Position numbers and translations under genes: made by a program. This document shows positions 31,124 through 38,825 of a DNA stretch of 40,519 nucleotides, piece by piece (positions within the stretch are counted from its first letter, which is position 1; every line of letters begins with the position of its first letter). The notes beneath the pieces were generated by a model. The model made no database searches, was not told the DNA's origin, and saw nothing but the letters and a program-made list of their open reading frames with translations. The stretch is taken from the IMG/VR virus record IMGVR_UViG_2529293139_000011. One strand, given 5' to 3'. The stretch is from a virus. Its lineage: Duplodnaviria; Heunggongvirae; Uroviricota; Caudoviricetes.

Positions 31124-31271
31124 GTTTCACTCCTGCTTTGGCTAGTCTGTAAACACCAACAAGGCGCTCTGCGAACGCCCTGTTATTTGCTGCGGCTACC
31201 ACTAATCCCTCAGGTGAATCAGGGTGTCGAATCTCTTCTTTTTCCTGGTATTTCTTACGACGTTTTGTCAT
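31110..31271 (-). CDS. Small basic hypothetical protein between cII and the O-like gene
   Basis: 53-aa ORF from ATG 31271 (MTKRRKKYQEKEEIRHPDSPEGL...) with AGGAG 5 nt upstream. Confidence 0.35.
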   Translation of the reverse strand: MTKRRKKYQEKEEIRHPDSPEGLVVAAANNRAFAERLVGVYRLAKAGVKHGRR

Positions 31272-31305
31272 AATTACTCCTGTGGATTGATCCAGTCTTT
31301 CTACA

Positions 31306-31584
31306 TCAGGCCTCAAAACTGTTGCAGCAGTCTTGAGGCTTTTCTTTTGTCAGCACCTTGGCTACTTTCTTTGCCAGTTCCGCCAATTCCTCGTCTTCAA
31401 CACCCCACTCCAGCACAGCCAGAAGCATGGCCATCTTTGGGATAAAACTGTCTTTCCATCGCGAAATTTGCGATTCATTAATCCCTAACGCGTCGGCAAC
31501 CTTTCGCTGACCACGTACAGCAATTCGATTTAGGATGTTGCTTGTAATTGCATTCGCTTTCTTGCGAGTACTTGTAAGTTGCAT
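31306..31584 (-). CDS. cII: CII-like transcriptional activator
   Basis: ORF 31306-31671; start placed at ATG 31584 with AAGGAAA upstream; the motif SQISRWK...IPKMAMLLAVLEWGV matches lambda CII. Confidence 0.75.
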   Translation of the reverse strand: MQLTSTRKKANAITSNILNRIAVRGQRKVADALGINESQISRWKDSFIPKMAMLLAVLEWGVEDEELAELAKKVAKVLTKEKPQDCCNSFEA

Positions 31585-31641
31585 ATGTAAGTATTTCCTT
31601 AACAAATAAGAAGTTATGCGCATCAACTTATGCGCGTTGTA

Positions 31642-31686
31642 TTCCCGCATTTCGGCGGGAATGAGGACCATGACTGTTAAAGAGCG
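31642..31686 (-). promoter_or_regulatory. nutR (boxA CGCTCTTTAACA at 31675-31686; boxB hairpin at 31642-31661)
   Basis: Minus-strand boxA consensus followed by the hairpin TCCCGCCGAAATGCGGGA, between cro and cII; the same boxB sequence occurs in nutL. Confidence 0.7.
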
Positions 31687-31692
31687 GTGTTA

Positions 31693-31887
31693 CTATTTGT
31701 TTTTCTTGTTGCTTGGGAAAGGACGAACTTCCTCTCCAATCACACTGCCATCAGGCTTTACCGTAACCATGATGTTACGTCCTGCCAGAATGGCCTTGCT
31801 GATAGCGCACTGGATTACACCAAAGTCACTGGCTGCTTTAGCCTGTCCATGGATTTTGGCGTAATCGGCAAGTGTCATTCGAATCAT
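31693..31887 (-). CDS. cro: Cro repressor
   Basis: ORF 31693-31893; ATG at 31887 with GGAG 7 nt upstream; [62 protein letters not shown] resembles lambda Cro. Confidence 0.85.
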   Translation of the reverse strand: MIRMTLADYAKIHGQAKAASDFGVIQCAISKAILAGRNIMVTVKPDGSVIGEEVRPFPSNKKNK

Positions 31888-31893
31888 ATGCAC

Positions 31894-31993
31894 TCTCCGT
31901 TATTAACCATGAACAAAGAATACTACAGGTATTCAAAGCAATCAATACTCAGGGTATTTTTAGTTTAAGTACCTTAGCTATTAGAATTAAGCT
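31894..31993. promoter_or_regulatory. OR / pR / pRM region with two palindromic operators: aatactacaggtatt (31919-31933) and aatactcagggtatt (31944-31958)
   Basis: AATAC-N5-GTATT palindromes between divergent cro and cI; candidate pR on the minus strand (TTGATT-17-TATTCT); TAGAAT just before the cI ATG suggests a leaderless cI transcript. Confidence 0.7.
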
Positions 31994-32710
31994 ATGGAAA
32001 ATAAAAAATCACTGACGACAGAACAGCTCGAAGACGCTAAGCGGCTTAAGGCTTTGTATGAGTCAAAAAAGAAAGAATTGGGAATAACCCAATACTCAAT
32101 CGCTGATGAACTGGGTATCACCCAAGGAGCGGTAGGGCATTATCTTAATGGCAGAAACGCGCTAAACGTTGAGGTTGCATCTGGTTTTGCACGATTGTTG
32201 CAAGTCTCAATTGCTGATTTTAGCCAGTCAATTGCTGCCAAGGTTGCAGAACAGGCAGAAAGCCTTAAGAGCGATGCCAACGTAAGGTATGCAGGGGAAT
32301 ACAGAGCAGGAAAGAGGTATCCGGTGTTAAGCAGTATCCAGGCTGGCTCGTGGTGTGAAGCATGCGAACCATACACCATTAAAGACATAGATGTTTGGCT
32401 TGAGTCTGACGCGCATATTCAAGGTAATGCGTTCTGGCTTAAAGTGGAAGGTGATTCAATGACGGCACCGGTTGGGTTAAGCATTCCAGAGGGAACATTC
32501 GTTCTTTTCGATACCGGAAGGGAGGCGATCAACGGCAGCTTGGTCATAGCAAAACTTTCTGACTCTAACGAAGCAACATTCAAGAAGCTGATAATCGACG
32601 GCGGAAATAAATACCTCAAGGGACTTAACCCTGCATGGCCTCTCGTGCCAATCAATGGAAACTGCAAGATTATAGGCGTTGCAATTGAGACAAAACTAAG
32701 GCTGGTTTGA
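31994..32710 (+). CDS. cI: CI-type prophage repressor (HTH plus S24 LexA-like autopeptidase domain)
   Basis: 238-aa ORF with an N-terminal HTH (ITQYSIADELGITQGAVGHYLNG) and C-terminal S24 motifs (GDSMTAP ... KKLI); divergent from cro. Confidence 0.85.
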   Translation: MENKKSLTTEQLEDAKRLKALYESKKKELGITQYSIADELGITQGAVGHYLNGRNALNVEVASGFARLLQVSIADFSQSIAAKVAEQAESLKSDANVRYAGEYRAGKRYPVLSSIQAGSWCEACEPYTIKDIDVWLESDAHIQGNAFWLKVEGDSMTAPVGLSIPEGTFVLFDTGREAINGSLVIAKLSDSNEATFKKLIIDGGNKYLKGLNPAWPLVPINGNCKIIGVAIETKLRLV

Positions 32711-32727
32711 TCACGCAAGGGGCGCTT

Positions 32728-33096
32728 ATGGTTGGAACCGCTATAGCAAGCTTTTTTGGGATGTTGGCAATCTCGACAATTTACGGCTTAGCGCATGCTT
32801 TTATTGCGAAATCTCTATCAGAAAAAATAAGCCAGGCTTGGGCGCATAGATCAGCTCGTTTCATGATTCTGGTGATCATGGCAATACAAGGGATATCTGC
32901 ATTTATCCTCTATGGATCAAGCTTATACCTATTGTATCAAGGCGCGACATTTACGCCTTACACCAGTGATTACGGAACTCTATACGATGGTAGTGAAGAC
33001 ATCTCTATGGCTTGGATCGTCTTTGGCTTATCTATGGCCGTGTCTGTTGTAGCAGACATCATTAAGGTAATTCTCGTCTTAACCTTCGCTGACTAA
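32728..33096 (+). CDS. Small polytopic membrane protein co-transcribed downstream of cI (rexB position); candidate exclusion / abortive-infection protein
   Basis: ORF 32707-33096 with a TTG first codon; start placed at ATG 32728 with AAGGGG upstream; ~4 predicted TM helices; no recognisable similarity to lambda RexB. Confidence 0.5.
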   Translation: MVGTAIASFFGMLAISTIYGLAHAFIAKSLSEKISQAWAHRSARFMILVIMAIQGISAFILYGSSLYLLYQGATFTPYTSDYGTLYDGSEDISMAWIVFGLSMAVSVVADIIKVILVLTFAD

Positions 33097-33227
33097 CTCA
33101 TAATCCCGGCAGCAATAGCTATCGGGATCCACTTCACATATCCCGCATAAAAAGCACTGAACAAGCAGACACCGAAAAAAATAAATATCCTTTGTATTCA
33201 TTTGTTTATCATTATTTCATCAAAAAT

Positions 33228-33268
33228 AAATACCTTGGGTATTTACACAATAAAATACCTACAGTATT
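33228..33268. promoter_or_regulatory. OL / pL region with two palindromic operators: aataccttgggtatt (33228-33242) and aatacctacagtatt (33254-33268)
   Basis: Same AATAC-N5-GTATT consensus and spacing as at OR; candidate pL TTTACA-17-TATTCT overlaps the operators; upstream of nutL and N. Confidence 0.65.
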
Positions 33269-33315
33269 CTTTAGCCATCAGCAGGACGCTGGTAGCCAAA
33301 CGGAACAGATTGGCA

Positions 33316-33357
33316 GGCTCTTTAACATTGATGGGATTGTCCCGCCGAAATGCGGGA
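33316..33357 (+). promoter_or_regulatory. nutL (boxA GGCTCTTTAACA at 33316-33327; boxB hairpin TCCCGCCGAAATGCGGGA at 33340-33357)
   Basis: boxA-like sequence followed by a hairpin identical to the nutR boxB, upstream of N. Confidence 0.7.
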
Positions 33358-33464
33358 ACCAAAGAGTAGTTGGCTTTGGGGTGACGTGAAGTGCAGCTGC
33401 ACGACGGCAACCGGAAGATAAGCACCCGGCGCGTCACCGCCAAAGTCAATCATCGGAGGTCAAC

Positions 33465-33770
33465 ATGACAGTAGTCATTACATATCTGGCTGACGATAAC
33501 GCCAGAAATCGCCGCAGAGCACGCAGACAGGCTCAACGTGAACAGGCAATGCAAGAACAGCGACTGGCGCGAAAGATTGCGCTAAAGCTCTCTGGTTGCG
33601 TCAGAGCAGATAAAGCAGCATCACTCGGAAGCCTTCGCTGCAAGAAGGCAGAAGAAATCGAGCGTAAACAGAATCGTATTTACTACAGCAAGCCACGCAG
33701 TGAAATGGGTGTGACTTGCTCAGGCCGCCAGAAGCGACGCGGAAAATCAATTCCAGCTTATTACGATTGA
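33465..33770 (+). CDS. N: N-type antitermination protein
   Basis: 101-aa ORF with an N-terminal arginine-rich motif (NARNRRRARRQAQREQ) and a C-terminus (ERKQNRIYYSKPRSEMGVTCSGRQKRRGKSIP) resembling lambda N; preceded by GGAGG. Confidence 0.8.
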   Translation: MTVVITYLADDNARNRRRARRQAQREQAMQEQRLARKIALKLSGCVRADKAASLGSLRCKKAEEIERKQNRIYYSKPRSEMGVTCSGRQKRRGKSIPAYYD

Positions 33771-33778
33771 GGTGAGCC

Positions 33779-33943
33779 ATGCTCAAGAAAGTCAAACGCC
33801 GACTTTACAAAGAAGGTAGATATTCATGCCAATTGCCAAAATGCGACACAACAAAATGGAGTGTCGATGATTGGTGTAACTGGATAGATAGATACGGAAC
33901 TTGGTGGGAACGTATTTATTTTCGCGGCAAACCACTTATTTGA
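33779..33943 (+). CDS. Small Cys/Trp-rich hypothetical protein downstream of N
   Basis: 54-aa ORF MLKKVKRRLYKEGRYSCQLPKCDTTKWSVDDWCNWIDRYGTWWERIYFRGKPLI, translated by hand (below the ORF-track size cut-off). Confidence 0.3.
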   Translation: MLKKVKRRLYKEGRYSCQLPKCDTTKWSVDDWCNWIDRYGTWWERIYFRGKPLI

Positions 33944-33951
33944 GGTGAGAT

Positions 33952-34038
33952 ATGGAAGAAGAATTTGAAGAGTTCGAAGAGCATCCGCAGGATGTGATGG
34001 AACAATACCAGGACTATCCGTATGACTACGACTATTGA
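33952..34038 (+). CDS. Very small, highly acidic hypothetical peptide
   Basis: 28-aa ORF MEEEFEEFEEHPQDVMEQYQDYPYDYDY with GAGGTGAG upstream. Confidence 0.25.
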   Translation: MEEEFEEFEEHPQDVMEQYQDYPYDYDY

Positions 34039-34222
34039 TAAGAATCAATGGTGTGGACAATTCAAACGATGCAATGGATGCAAGTTGCAATCGGAATGCA
34101 TGGTTAAGCCTGAAGAAATGTTTCCTGTAATGGAAGATGGGAAATATGTCGATAAATGGGCAATACGAACGACGGCAATGATTGCCAGAGAACTTGGTAA
34201 ACTGAACAACAAGGCTGCCTGA
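34022..34222 (+). CDS. Small Cys-rich hypothetical protein
   Basis: 66-aa ORF with CGQFKRCNGCKLQSEC; early-left operon. Confidence 0.4.
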   Translation: MTTTIDKNQWCGQFKRCNGCKLQSECMVKPEEMFPVMEDGKYVDKWAIRTTAMIARELGKLNNKAA

Positions 34223-34261
34223 TGGTGGCCTTTATTTTTGGCATAAACAACAGAGGCTAAC

Positions 34262-34558
34262 ATGGAATTTAAAGGTACTGAAGGTAAGTGGGAAATAATG
34301 ATGGATGGCGATGAGATTAAAATCATCCAGGCAGACTCTCTTGAAAATGGCGCAGGCTGGCGTTCGTATATTGCAATCTGTGAGGAAGTTCAATGCATTG
34401 AAGATGCCAATCTAATAGCGGCAGCACCTGACCTTCTCGAAGCACTTCAGTTATTACTTAAGCAATCCAAAAATAGAACAACGACAACATATCCAGAATG
34501 GTATGGAGCTGTTAATAAAGGTTTTGCAGCAATCATCAAGGCTCTGGGAGGTGAGTAA
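34262..34558 (+). CDS. Hypothetical protein
   Basis: 98-aa ORF in the early-left operon. Confidence 0.45.
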   Translation: MEFKGTEGKWEIMMDGDEIKIIQADSLENGAGWRSYIAICEEVQCIEDANLIAAAPDLLEALQLLLKQSKNRTTTTYPEWYGAVNKGFAAIIKALGGE

Positions 34559-34758
34559 TGTGCGAGTTTTACGAAGCAGATATCAAACGCCCAGAAATGG
34601 CAAGTGATGCGACATTACGTGATTACTTCGCGGCAAAGGCTATGCAAGCAATGATTAGCAATCCATCGATTATCGATAATGATTCTGATGGAGCTGTTAA
34701 TTATGCAGCAAGCGCTGCATATAAGTTTGCAGACGCAATGCTCAAAGCTCGCGAATAA
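34558..34758 (+). CDS. Hypothetical protein
   Basis: 66-aa ORF preceded by GGTGAG; its start overlaps the previous stop. Confidence 0.4.
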   Translation: MCEFYEADIKRPEMASDATLRDYFAAKAMQAMISNPSIIDNDSDGAVNYAASAAYKFADAMLKARE

Positions 34759-34763
34759 GCACT

Positions 34764-34791
34764 GTGTATTCATTCCAACGAGTGAATACAC
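34764..34791. repeat. Perfect 9-bp inverted repeat GTGTATTCA-N10-TGAATACAC
   Basis: Read directly from the sequence; no T-run follows, so it is a candidate protein-binding site or RNA stem-loop. Confidence 0.5.
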
Positions 34792-34852
34792 GGAGCAATG
34801 TCGCTCGTAACTAAACAGGAGCCGACTTGTTCTGGTTATTTGAAATCTTCTT

Positions 34853-34880
34853 TGCCCTCCAGTGTGAGGGCAATTTTTTT
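34853..34880 (+). terminator. Intrinsic terminator in the early-left operon (TGCCCTC-cagtgt-GAGGGCA followed by ATTTTTTT)
   Basis: 7-bp GC stem plus T-run about 12 nt upstream of the next gene's RBS. Confidence 0.6.
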
Positions 34881-34892
34881 GACGGAGGATAT

Positions 34893-35861
34893 ATGAGTGA
34901 AGTAACAGATTTAGTTGTTATTGAAAAAGCAAATGCAATGACTGTATTTCAGTCTGCCGACCAGATTGAAGAAATCCTTCAAAAGGTTGAACGTGAAGTT
35001 ATGTCCTTTGTGCCTGATATCACAACGGCAAAGGGCAGAAAGGAGATCGCTTCTCTGGCGTATAAAGTTGCGCAGACGAAAACATATCTCGATGGTCTTG
35101 GCAAAGACCTTGTTGCTGAACTGAAGGAAATTCCAAAGCTAATTGATGCTAACCGCAAGACAGTGCGTGATCGCCTTGATGAGCTGAAAGCCAAGGCGCG
35201 CCAGCCTCTTACTGATTATGAGGAAGAACAGGCGCGGATTAAAGCCGAAGAAGAAGCTAAGGCAGCAGCTGAAGCTCTCGCAAAGCAAATTGAGTCTGAC
35301 CATGAAATAGCTATTTTGATGGATCGCGAATTTGACCGCCAAAGAGAAGAGGCAAGACTCAAAGCGGAGCAGGAAAAGCGAGAGCATGAAGAACGATTAA
35401 AAAGAGAAGCTGAAGAGAAAGCCAGAGCAGAAGCCGAAGCAAAGGCAAAAGCCGAAATTGAAGCAGCAGCAAGGCGAGAAGCAGAAGCTAAGGCCGCAGC
35501 GGAACGTGCAGAGCGTGAACGCATTGAAGCCGAGCAACGAGCACAGCGCGAAGCAAAAGAGGCAGCAGAACGAGCTGAAAGAGAAAAGCAGGCAGCAATT
35601 GAAGCAGAACGCAGAAAAGCACAGGAGGAGGCTGAACGAATCCGGCGCGAGGCTGAAGCAAAAGAGCAAGCCAGAATAGCAGAAGAAAAAAGAATCAAGG
35701 AAGAAGAAGAGCGTAGAGCAAAGGATAAAGCTCACCGGAAAGAAGTAAATAACAAAATACTTGCTGACCTTATCAAGGTTGGCGCATCAGAAGATGTTGC
35801 TAAAAATATCATAACAGCCATCGTAAAAGGCGAAGTATTCGCAACAAAAATAACCTACTAA
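34893..35861 (+). CDS. Coiled-coil protein with a long low-complexity Ala/Glu/Lys/Arg repeat region; function unknown
   Basis: ORF 34827-35861; start placed at ATG 34893 after GGAGG; central ~180 aa are EAEAKAKAE / RREAEAK-type repeats. Confidence 0.6.
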   Translation: MSEVTDLVVIEKANAMTVFQSADQIEEILQKVEREVMSFVPDITTAKGRKEIASLAYKVAQTKTYLDGLGKDLVAELKEIPKLIDANRKTVRDRLDELKAKARQPLTDYEEEQARIKAEEEAKAAAEALAKQIESDHEIAILMDREFDRQREEARLKAEQEKREHEERLKREAEEKARAEAEAKAKAEIEAAARREAEAKAAAERAERERIEAEQRAQREAKEAAERAEREKQAAIEAERRKAQEEAERIRREAEAKEQARIAEEKRIKEEEERRAKDKAHRKEVNNKILADLIKVGASEDVAKNIITAIVKGEVFATKITY

Positions 35862-35885
35862 TAAAACCAACATAAGGAACCACCC

Positions 35886-36017
35886 ATGATTTACGCAATC
35901 GCGGGAGGCGCTCGCATGGGTGCCTTCCAACTAAATGAATCTTTACTTGAACGAATCACCCGTAAATTACGTGACGGATGGAAAAGAGTTGAGGTCTTAT
36001 TATGCGCAATGAAATAG
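35886..36017 (+). CDS. Small hypothetical protein
   Basis: 43-aa ORF with AAGGAA upstream, translated by hand. Confidence 0.25.
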   Translation: MIYAIAGGARMGAFQLNESLLERITRKLRDGWKRVEVLLCAMK

Positions 36018-36154
36018 CCATCAATCACCAGATGCTTCGTGCAGCACAAAACAAAGCAGTAATAGCCAGATTTATTGGTGATTCAAAAATGTGGCTTGAA
36101 GCAAATAAAGAGATGAAATCAGCTATCAACCTTCCGTGGTATCGCAGGAAATGA
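36002..36154 (+). CDS. Small hypothetical protein
   Basis: 50-aa ORF MRNEIAINHQMLRAAQNKAVIARFIGDSKMWLEANKEMKSAINLPWYRRK, translated by hand. Confidence 0.25.
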   Translation: MRNEIAINHQMLRAAQNKAVIARFIGDSKMWLEANKEMKSAINLPWYRRK

Positions 36155-36309
36155 GTTTTACAGATAACTGGTCAGACGAAGAATTCATTCGTCAGATGAA
36201 AGAATTAATCGGTAACGAAGGAGATATTCATGTCACTTGCAACCACAGTGAAGGAGAGCAAGTTACAGAGACGCATGTACACGCAGAAAGCTCTCTGGTA
36301 TCGCCATAA
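36151..36309 (+). CDS. Small hypothetical protein
   Basis: 52-aa ORF MSFTDNWSDEEFIRQMKELIGNEGDIHVTCNHSEGEQVTETHVHAESSLVSP, translated by hand. Confidence 0.25.
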   Translation: MSFTDNWSDEEFIRQMKELIGNEGDIHVTCNHSEGEQVTETHVHAESSLVSP

Positions 36310-36410
36310 TGGCGACCGCGAAGGAATGCGGGTATGCCTTAATTTGTCCCGAGTCGAAGTATTAAATCAGCGTTATTTTCTTGGGCCGTGTCCATTCTGA
36401 GATCAAACAT

Positions 36411-37016
36411 ATGAGCAAAGAATTTTATGCAAGGCTGGCAGCCATTCAGGAGAATCTGAACGCGCCAAAGAATCAGTACAACTCATTCGGTAAATATAAA
36501 TACAGAAGCTGCGAAGACATTCTTGAAGGCGTTAAGCCGTTACTGAATGGCCTGTTTTTATCAATCAGCGATGAAGTTGTGTTGATTGGAGAACGGTATT
36601 ACGTGAAAGCAACGGCAACTATTACTGATGGCGAAAACAGTCATACGGCAACCGCTCTTGCACGAGAGGAAGAAAGCAAGAAAGGAATGGATTCTGCACA
36701 AGTTACTGGAGCTACAAGCTCTTATGCACGCAAGTATTGCCTCAATGGTTTGTTCGGCATTGATGATGCGAAAGATGCAGATACCGACGAGCATAAACAT
36801 CAGCAGAACGCAGCAGCAAAGCAATCAAAGCCATCACCTACACCTGAACAGGTTCTAAAAGCATTCACTGACGCAGCATTGCAGAAAAACACCGTGGAAG
36901 AGCTTAAACAGGCGTTCGCCAAAGCGTGGAAGATGCTCGAAGGCACACCGGAGCAGCACAAAGCGCAGGACGTTTACAACATCAGACGAGACGAATTAGA
37001 AGGAGCGGCTGCTTAA
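36411..37016 (+). CDS. erf: ERF-family single-strand annealing recombinase (P22 Erf-like)
   Basis: ORF 36381-37016; start placed at ATG 36411 (MSKEFYARLAAIQENLNAPKNQYNSFGKYKYRSCEDILEG...); N-terminal domain recognised as Erf. Confidence 0.8.
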   Translation: MSKEFYARLAAIQENLNAPKNQYNSFGKYKYRSCEDILEGVKPLLNGLFLSISDEVVLIGERYYVKATATITDGENSHTATALAREEESKKGMDSAQVTGATSSYARKYCLNGLFGIDDAKDADTDEHKHQQNAAAKQSKPSPTPEQVLKAFTDAALQKNTVEELKQAFAKAWKMLEGTPEQHKAQDVYNIRRDELEGAAA

Positions 37017-37399
37017 TGGCACATTCGATTACTGTAAGACTAAACAAGCCCGCAAGAGAGTTTCAGGCCGGGGAAAATATCGGATTCAACATCCGTGCTG
37101 GCGTTCAGTATTACGATCGCCAGACAAAAAAGAAAGAATGGACAAACTACAGCGCCGTTGTATTTGCCAAGCCGGGAGCGCAAGCGGATTACTACCGTAG
37201 TGTTCTTGTTGAAGGTTGCATTGTGGAAATTACCGGAGAAAACATCAGGGTTGATGTTTATCATGGGCAAAATGGTCAATCAATCACTCTTGAATTACTG
37301 AATGCAAAGATTGGATTTGCAACTTCAGGAAACAGCCAACAGCAGCAAAGTAGCAATCATCAAAATAATCCTGAATACGACGATTCCATCCCATTCTGA
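37016..37399 (+). CDS. ssb: Single-stranded DNA-binding protein
   Basis: ORF 36926-37399; ATG at 37016 overlaps the erf stop (TAATG); OB-fold-like N-terminus, Gln-rich linker and acidic C-terminal tail ending DDSIPF. Confidence 0.7.
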   Translation: MAHSITVRLNKPAREFQAGENIGFNIRAGVQYYDRQTKKKEWTNYSAVVFAKPGAQADYYRSVLVEGCIVEITGENIRVDVYHGQNGQSITLELLNAKIGFATSGNSQQQQSSNHQNNPEYDDSIPF

Positions 37400-37422
37400 T
37401 TTAGAAAAATAAGGATTTAATT

Positions 37423-37716
37423 ATGCCAGCGCCTCTGTATGGTGCGGACGACGCGCGCCGCTGTTCCGGCAATTCCGTATCGGAGGTGCTGGATAAATTC
37501 AGAAAAAACTACGATCGGATAATGTCGCTACCGCAGGAAACGAAAGAGGAAAAGGAATTTCGCCATTGTATATGGCTTGCAGAGAAAGAAGAACGCGAGC
37601 GAATTTACCAGACATCAATCCGACCATTCCGCAAAGCCACATATACCCACTTCCCTGAAATTGACCCGCGCCTGCGTAATTACCGATCACGCTATGGCGC
37701 TATCAGTAATGACTGA
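37423..37716 (+). CDS. Hypothetical protein
   Basis: 97-aa ORF with AAGGA upstream. Confidence 0.45.
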   Translation: MPAPLYGADDARRCSGNSVSEVLDKFRKNYDRIMSLPQETKEEKEFRHCIWLAEKEERERIYQTSIRPFRKATYTHFPEIDPRLRNYRSRYGAISND

Positions 37717-37726
37717 GGAATTTACC

Positions 37727-37894
37727 ATGAGAGGACTTGCATACAATCCCGGCATTCTTCCGGCAGAAATGATTATTCGCCAACGCGTAAAGCCAATGCC
37801 ATCGAGAGAGGAATTGCTTAAGAGAAATTCTTTTCCGTCAGTGAATCAAAACAAATATCTGAATGCGATGTGGCGTAAAGGAGGCAAGCAGTGA
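37727..37894 (+). CDS. Small hypothetical protein
   Basis: 55-aa ORF from the internal ATG at 37727 (within ORF 37577-37894) preceded by GAGGAA. Confidence 0.35.
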   Translation: MRGLAYNPGILPAEMIIRQRVKPMPSREELLKRNSFPSVNQNKYLNAMWRKGGKQ

Positions 37895-38145
37895 GTAATT
37901 CAGCACGACTACAGCTTGCTTTTTCACCGCTATCAAAAACTATCATGCTGGCAAAAATGCGCGATGTTGAAGGTGGACGTATGCGCGTTGGCAATGATCC
38001 AGGTCGTGATGTTACCAATGAGGCTGCTCAATTGGTGTGGCAACTGGTCATGGCTGAAGGTGGTGAGATAGTGTGGGAGCTGGATGATGGTTCTCGCATG
38101 GTGTTGAAGGCAGAAAAGCAGGAGGCAACCAGTGAGCAAGATTGA
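37891..38145 (+). CDS. Hypothetical protein
   Basis: 84-aa ORF with GTG start preceded by AAGGAGG. Confidence 0.45.
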   Translation: MSNSARLQLAFSPLSKTIMLAKMRDVEGGRMRVGNDPGRDVTNEAAQLVWQLVMAEGGEIVWELDDGSRMVLKAEKQEATSEQD

Positions 38146-38824
38146 TTATCAGGCACTGCGTGAAGCGGCAGAGAAAGCCGGTGAAGATAAGTGGCAGGCT
38201 AAAAAAATAAATGGTGATTTTTTCGTTATTCGTCACGGTAGTTATACAAGACAGCATGGCTACACATCGTATCAACCCATTGCGGAGATTGATTGTAAGT
38301 CAGTCCGGGATTTTGTTGCCAAGGCTAATCCGGCTACCGTGCTTGCGCTTCTTGATGAACTGGAAGCTCAAAGCAAACGCATTGCAGAGCTGGAGAAAAA
38401 AGCTGCACCAGATTCGTTTGGCATCATCGGTGAAAATATTCGAACACAGGATAATCGAATAACGTCAGACCCTATGTTTTGTGTGTATCAAAAGCGCGAA
38501 ATCGTTGTTGATGCTGATTATGACTATGACCGGATTGTCTGGGTTGATGAAGATGGTAATGAAGCCAATAAACGCCAAAGTCGTCGTCTCGAACTACTTC
38601 ACGAAAACTTTCGAGAGCCACCAGAAAAATGGCGGCGCGTTGCTGTGAAAGATATTGATGAATTCGTTACCTGCTGTTTCACCGAACAGGGTTGTAAATA
38701 CTACCTAGCAGCCAATGGTCACAATCTTCGCTTGCCATTTATATATGTAAAAAGCGGTTTCAGGAACGCTGAATATATCGGCATAAGAAACTGGCTTGCT
38801 GGCATTCGCATCAAAGGAGAGTGA
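38132..38824 (+). CDS. Ead/Ea22-like protein
   Basis: 230-aa ORF (GTG start after AGGAGG); the N-terminal helical segment NPATVLALLDELEAQSKRIAELEKK is typical of Ea22-like prophage proteins as I recall them. Confidence 0.55.
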   Translation: MSKIDYQALREAAEKAGEDKWQAKKINGDFFVIRHGSYTRQHGYTSYQPIAEIDCKSVRDFVAKANPATVLALLDELEAQSKRIAELEKKAAPDSFGIIGENIRTQDNRITSDPMFCVYQKREIVVDADYDYDRIVWVDEDGNEANKRQSRRLELLHENFREPPEKWRRVAVKDIDEFVTCCFTEQGCKYYLAANGHNLRLPFIYVKSGFRNAEYIGIRNWLAGIRIKGE

Positions 38825-38825
38825 T

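Noticed and set aside
31616-31968. Plus-strand ORFs (82 aa and 93 aa) overlapping cro and nutR
   Set aside because: They overlap the better-supported minus-strand cro gene and the nut site, and the region is regulatory.
33100-33130. Inverted repeat ATCCCG-N14-CGGGAT after the membrane protein gene, as a possible terminator of the cI transcript
   Set aside because: No T-run follows and the loop is long; not supported as an intrinsic terminator.
34211-34240. Possible terminator after the 66-aa Cys-rich ORF (AAGGC ... GCCTT followed by TTTATTTTTGG)
   Set aside because: The stem is only 5 bp with a 12-nt loop, too weak to call, though the T-run is suggestive.
33824-34326. Minus-strand ORFs (88 aa and 93 aa) opposite the small early genes downstream of N
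   Set aside because: Antisense to a consistently plus-strand operon, no RBS, low-complexity composition.
35397-35700. Short tandem DNA repeats (GAAGCAGAAGC-like) that could be mistaken for a CRISPR array or VNTR
   Set aside because: The repeats are in-frame codon repeats encoding the EAKA-type tract, with no regular repeat-spacer structure.
35216-35735. Two minus-strand ORFs (160 aa and 112 aa) rich in Ser/Ala/Cys/Phe, antisense to the coiled-coil gene
   Set aside because: They are reverse-frame artefacts of the GAAGC/GCAGC-rich repeat DNA; their composition is implausible and they overlap a better-supported plus-strand gene.
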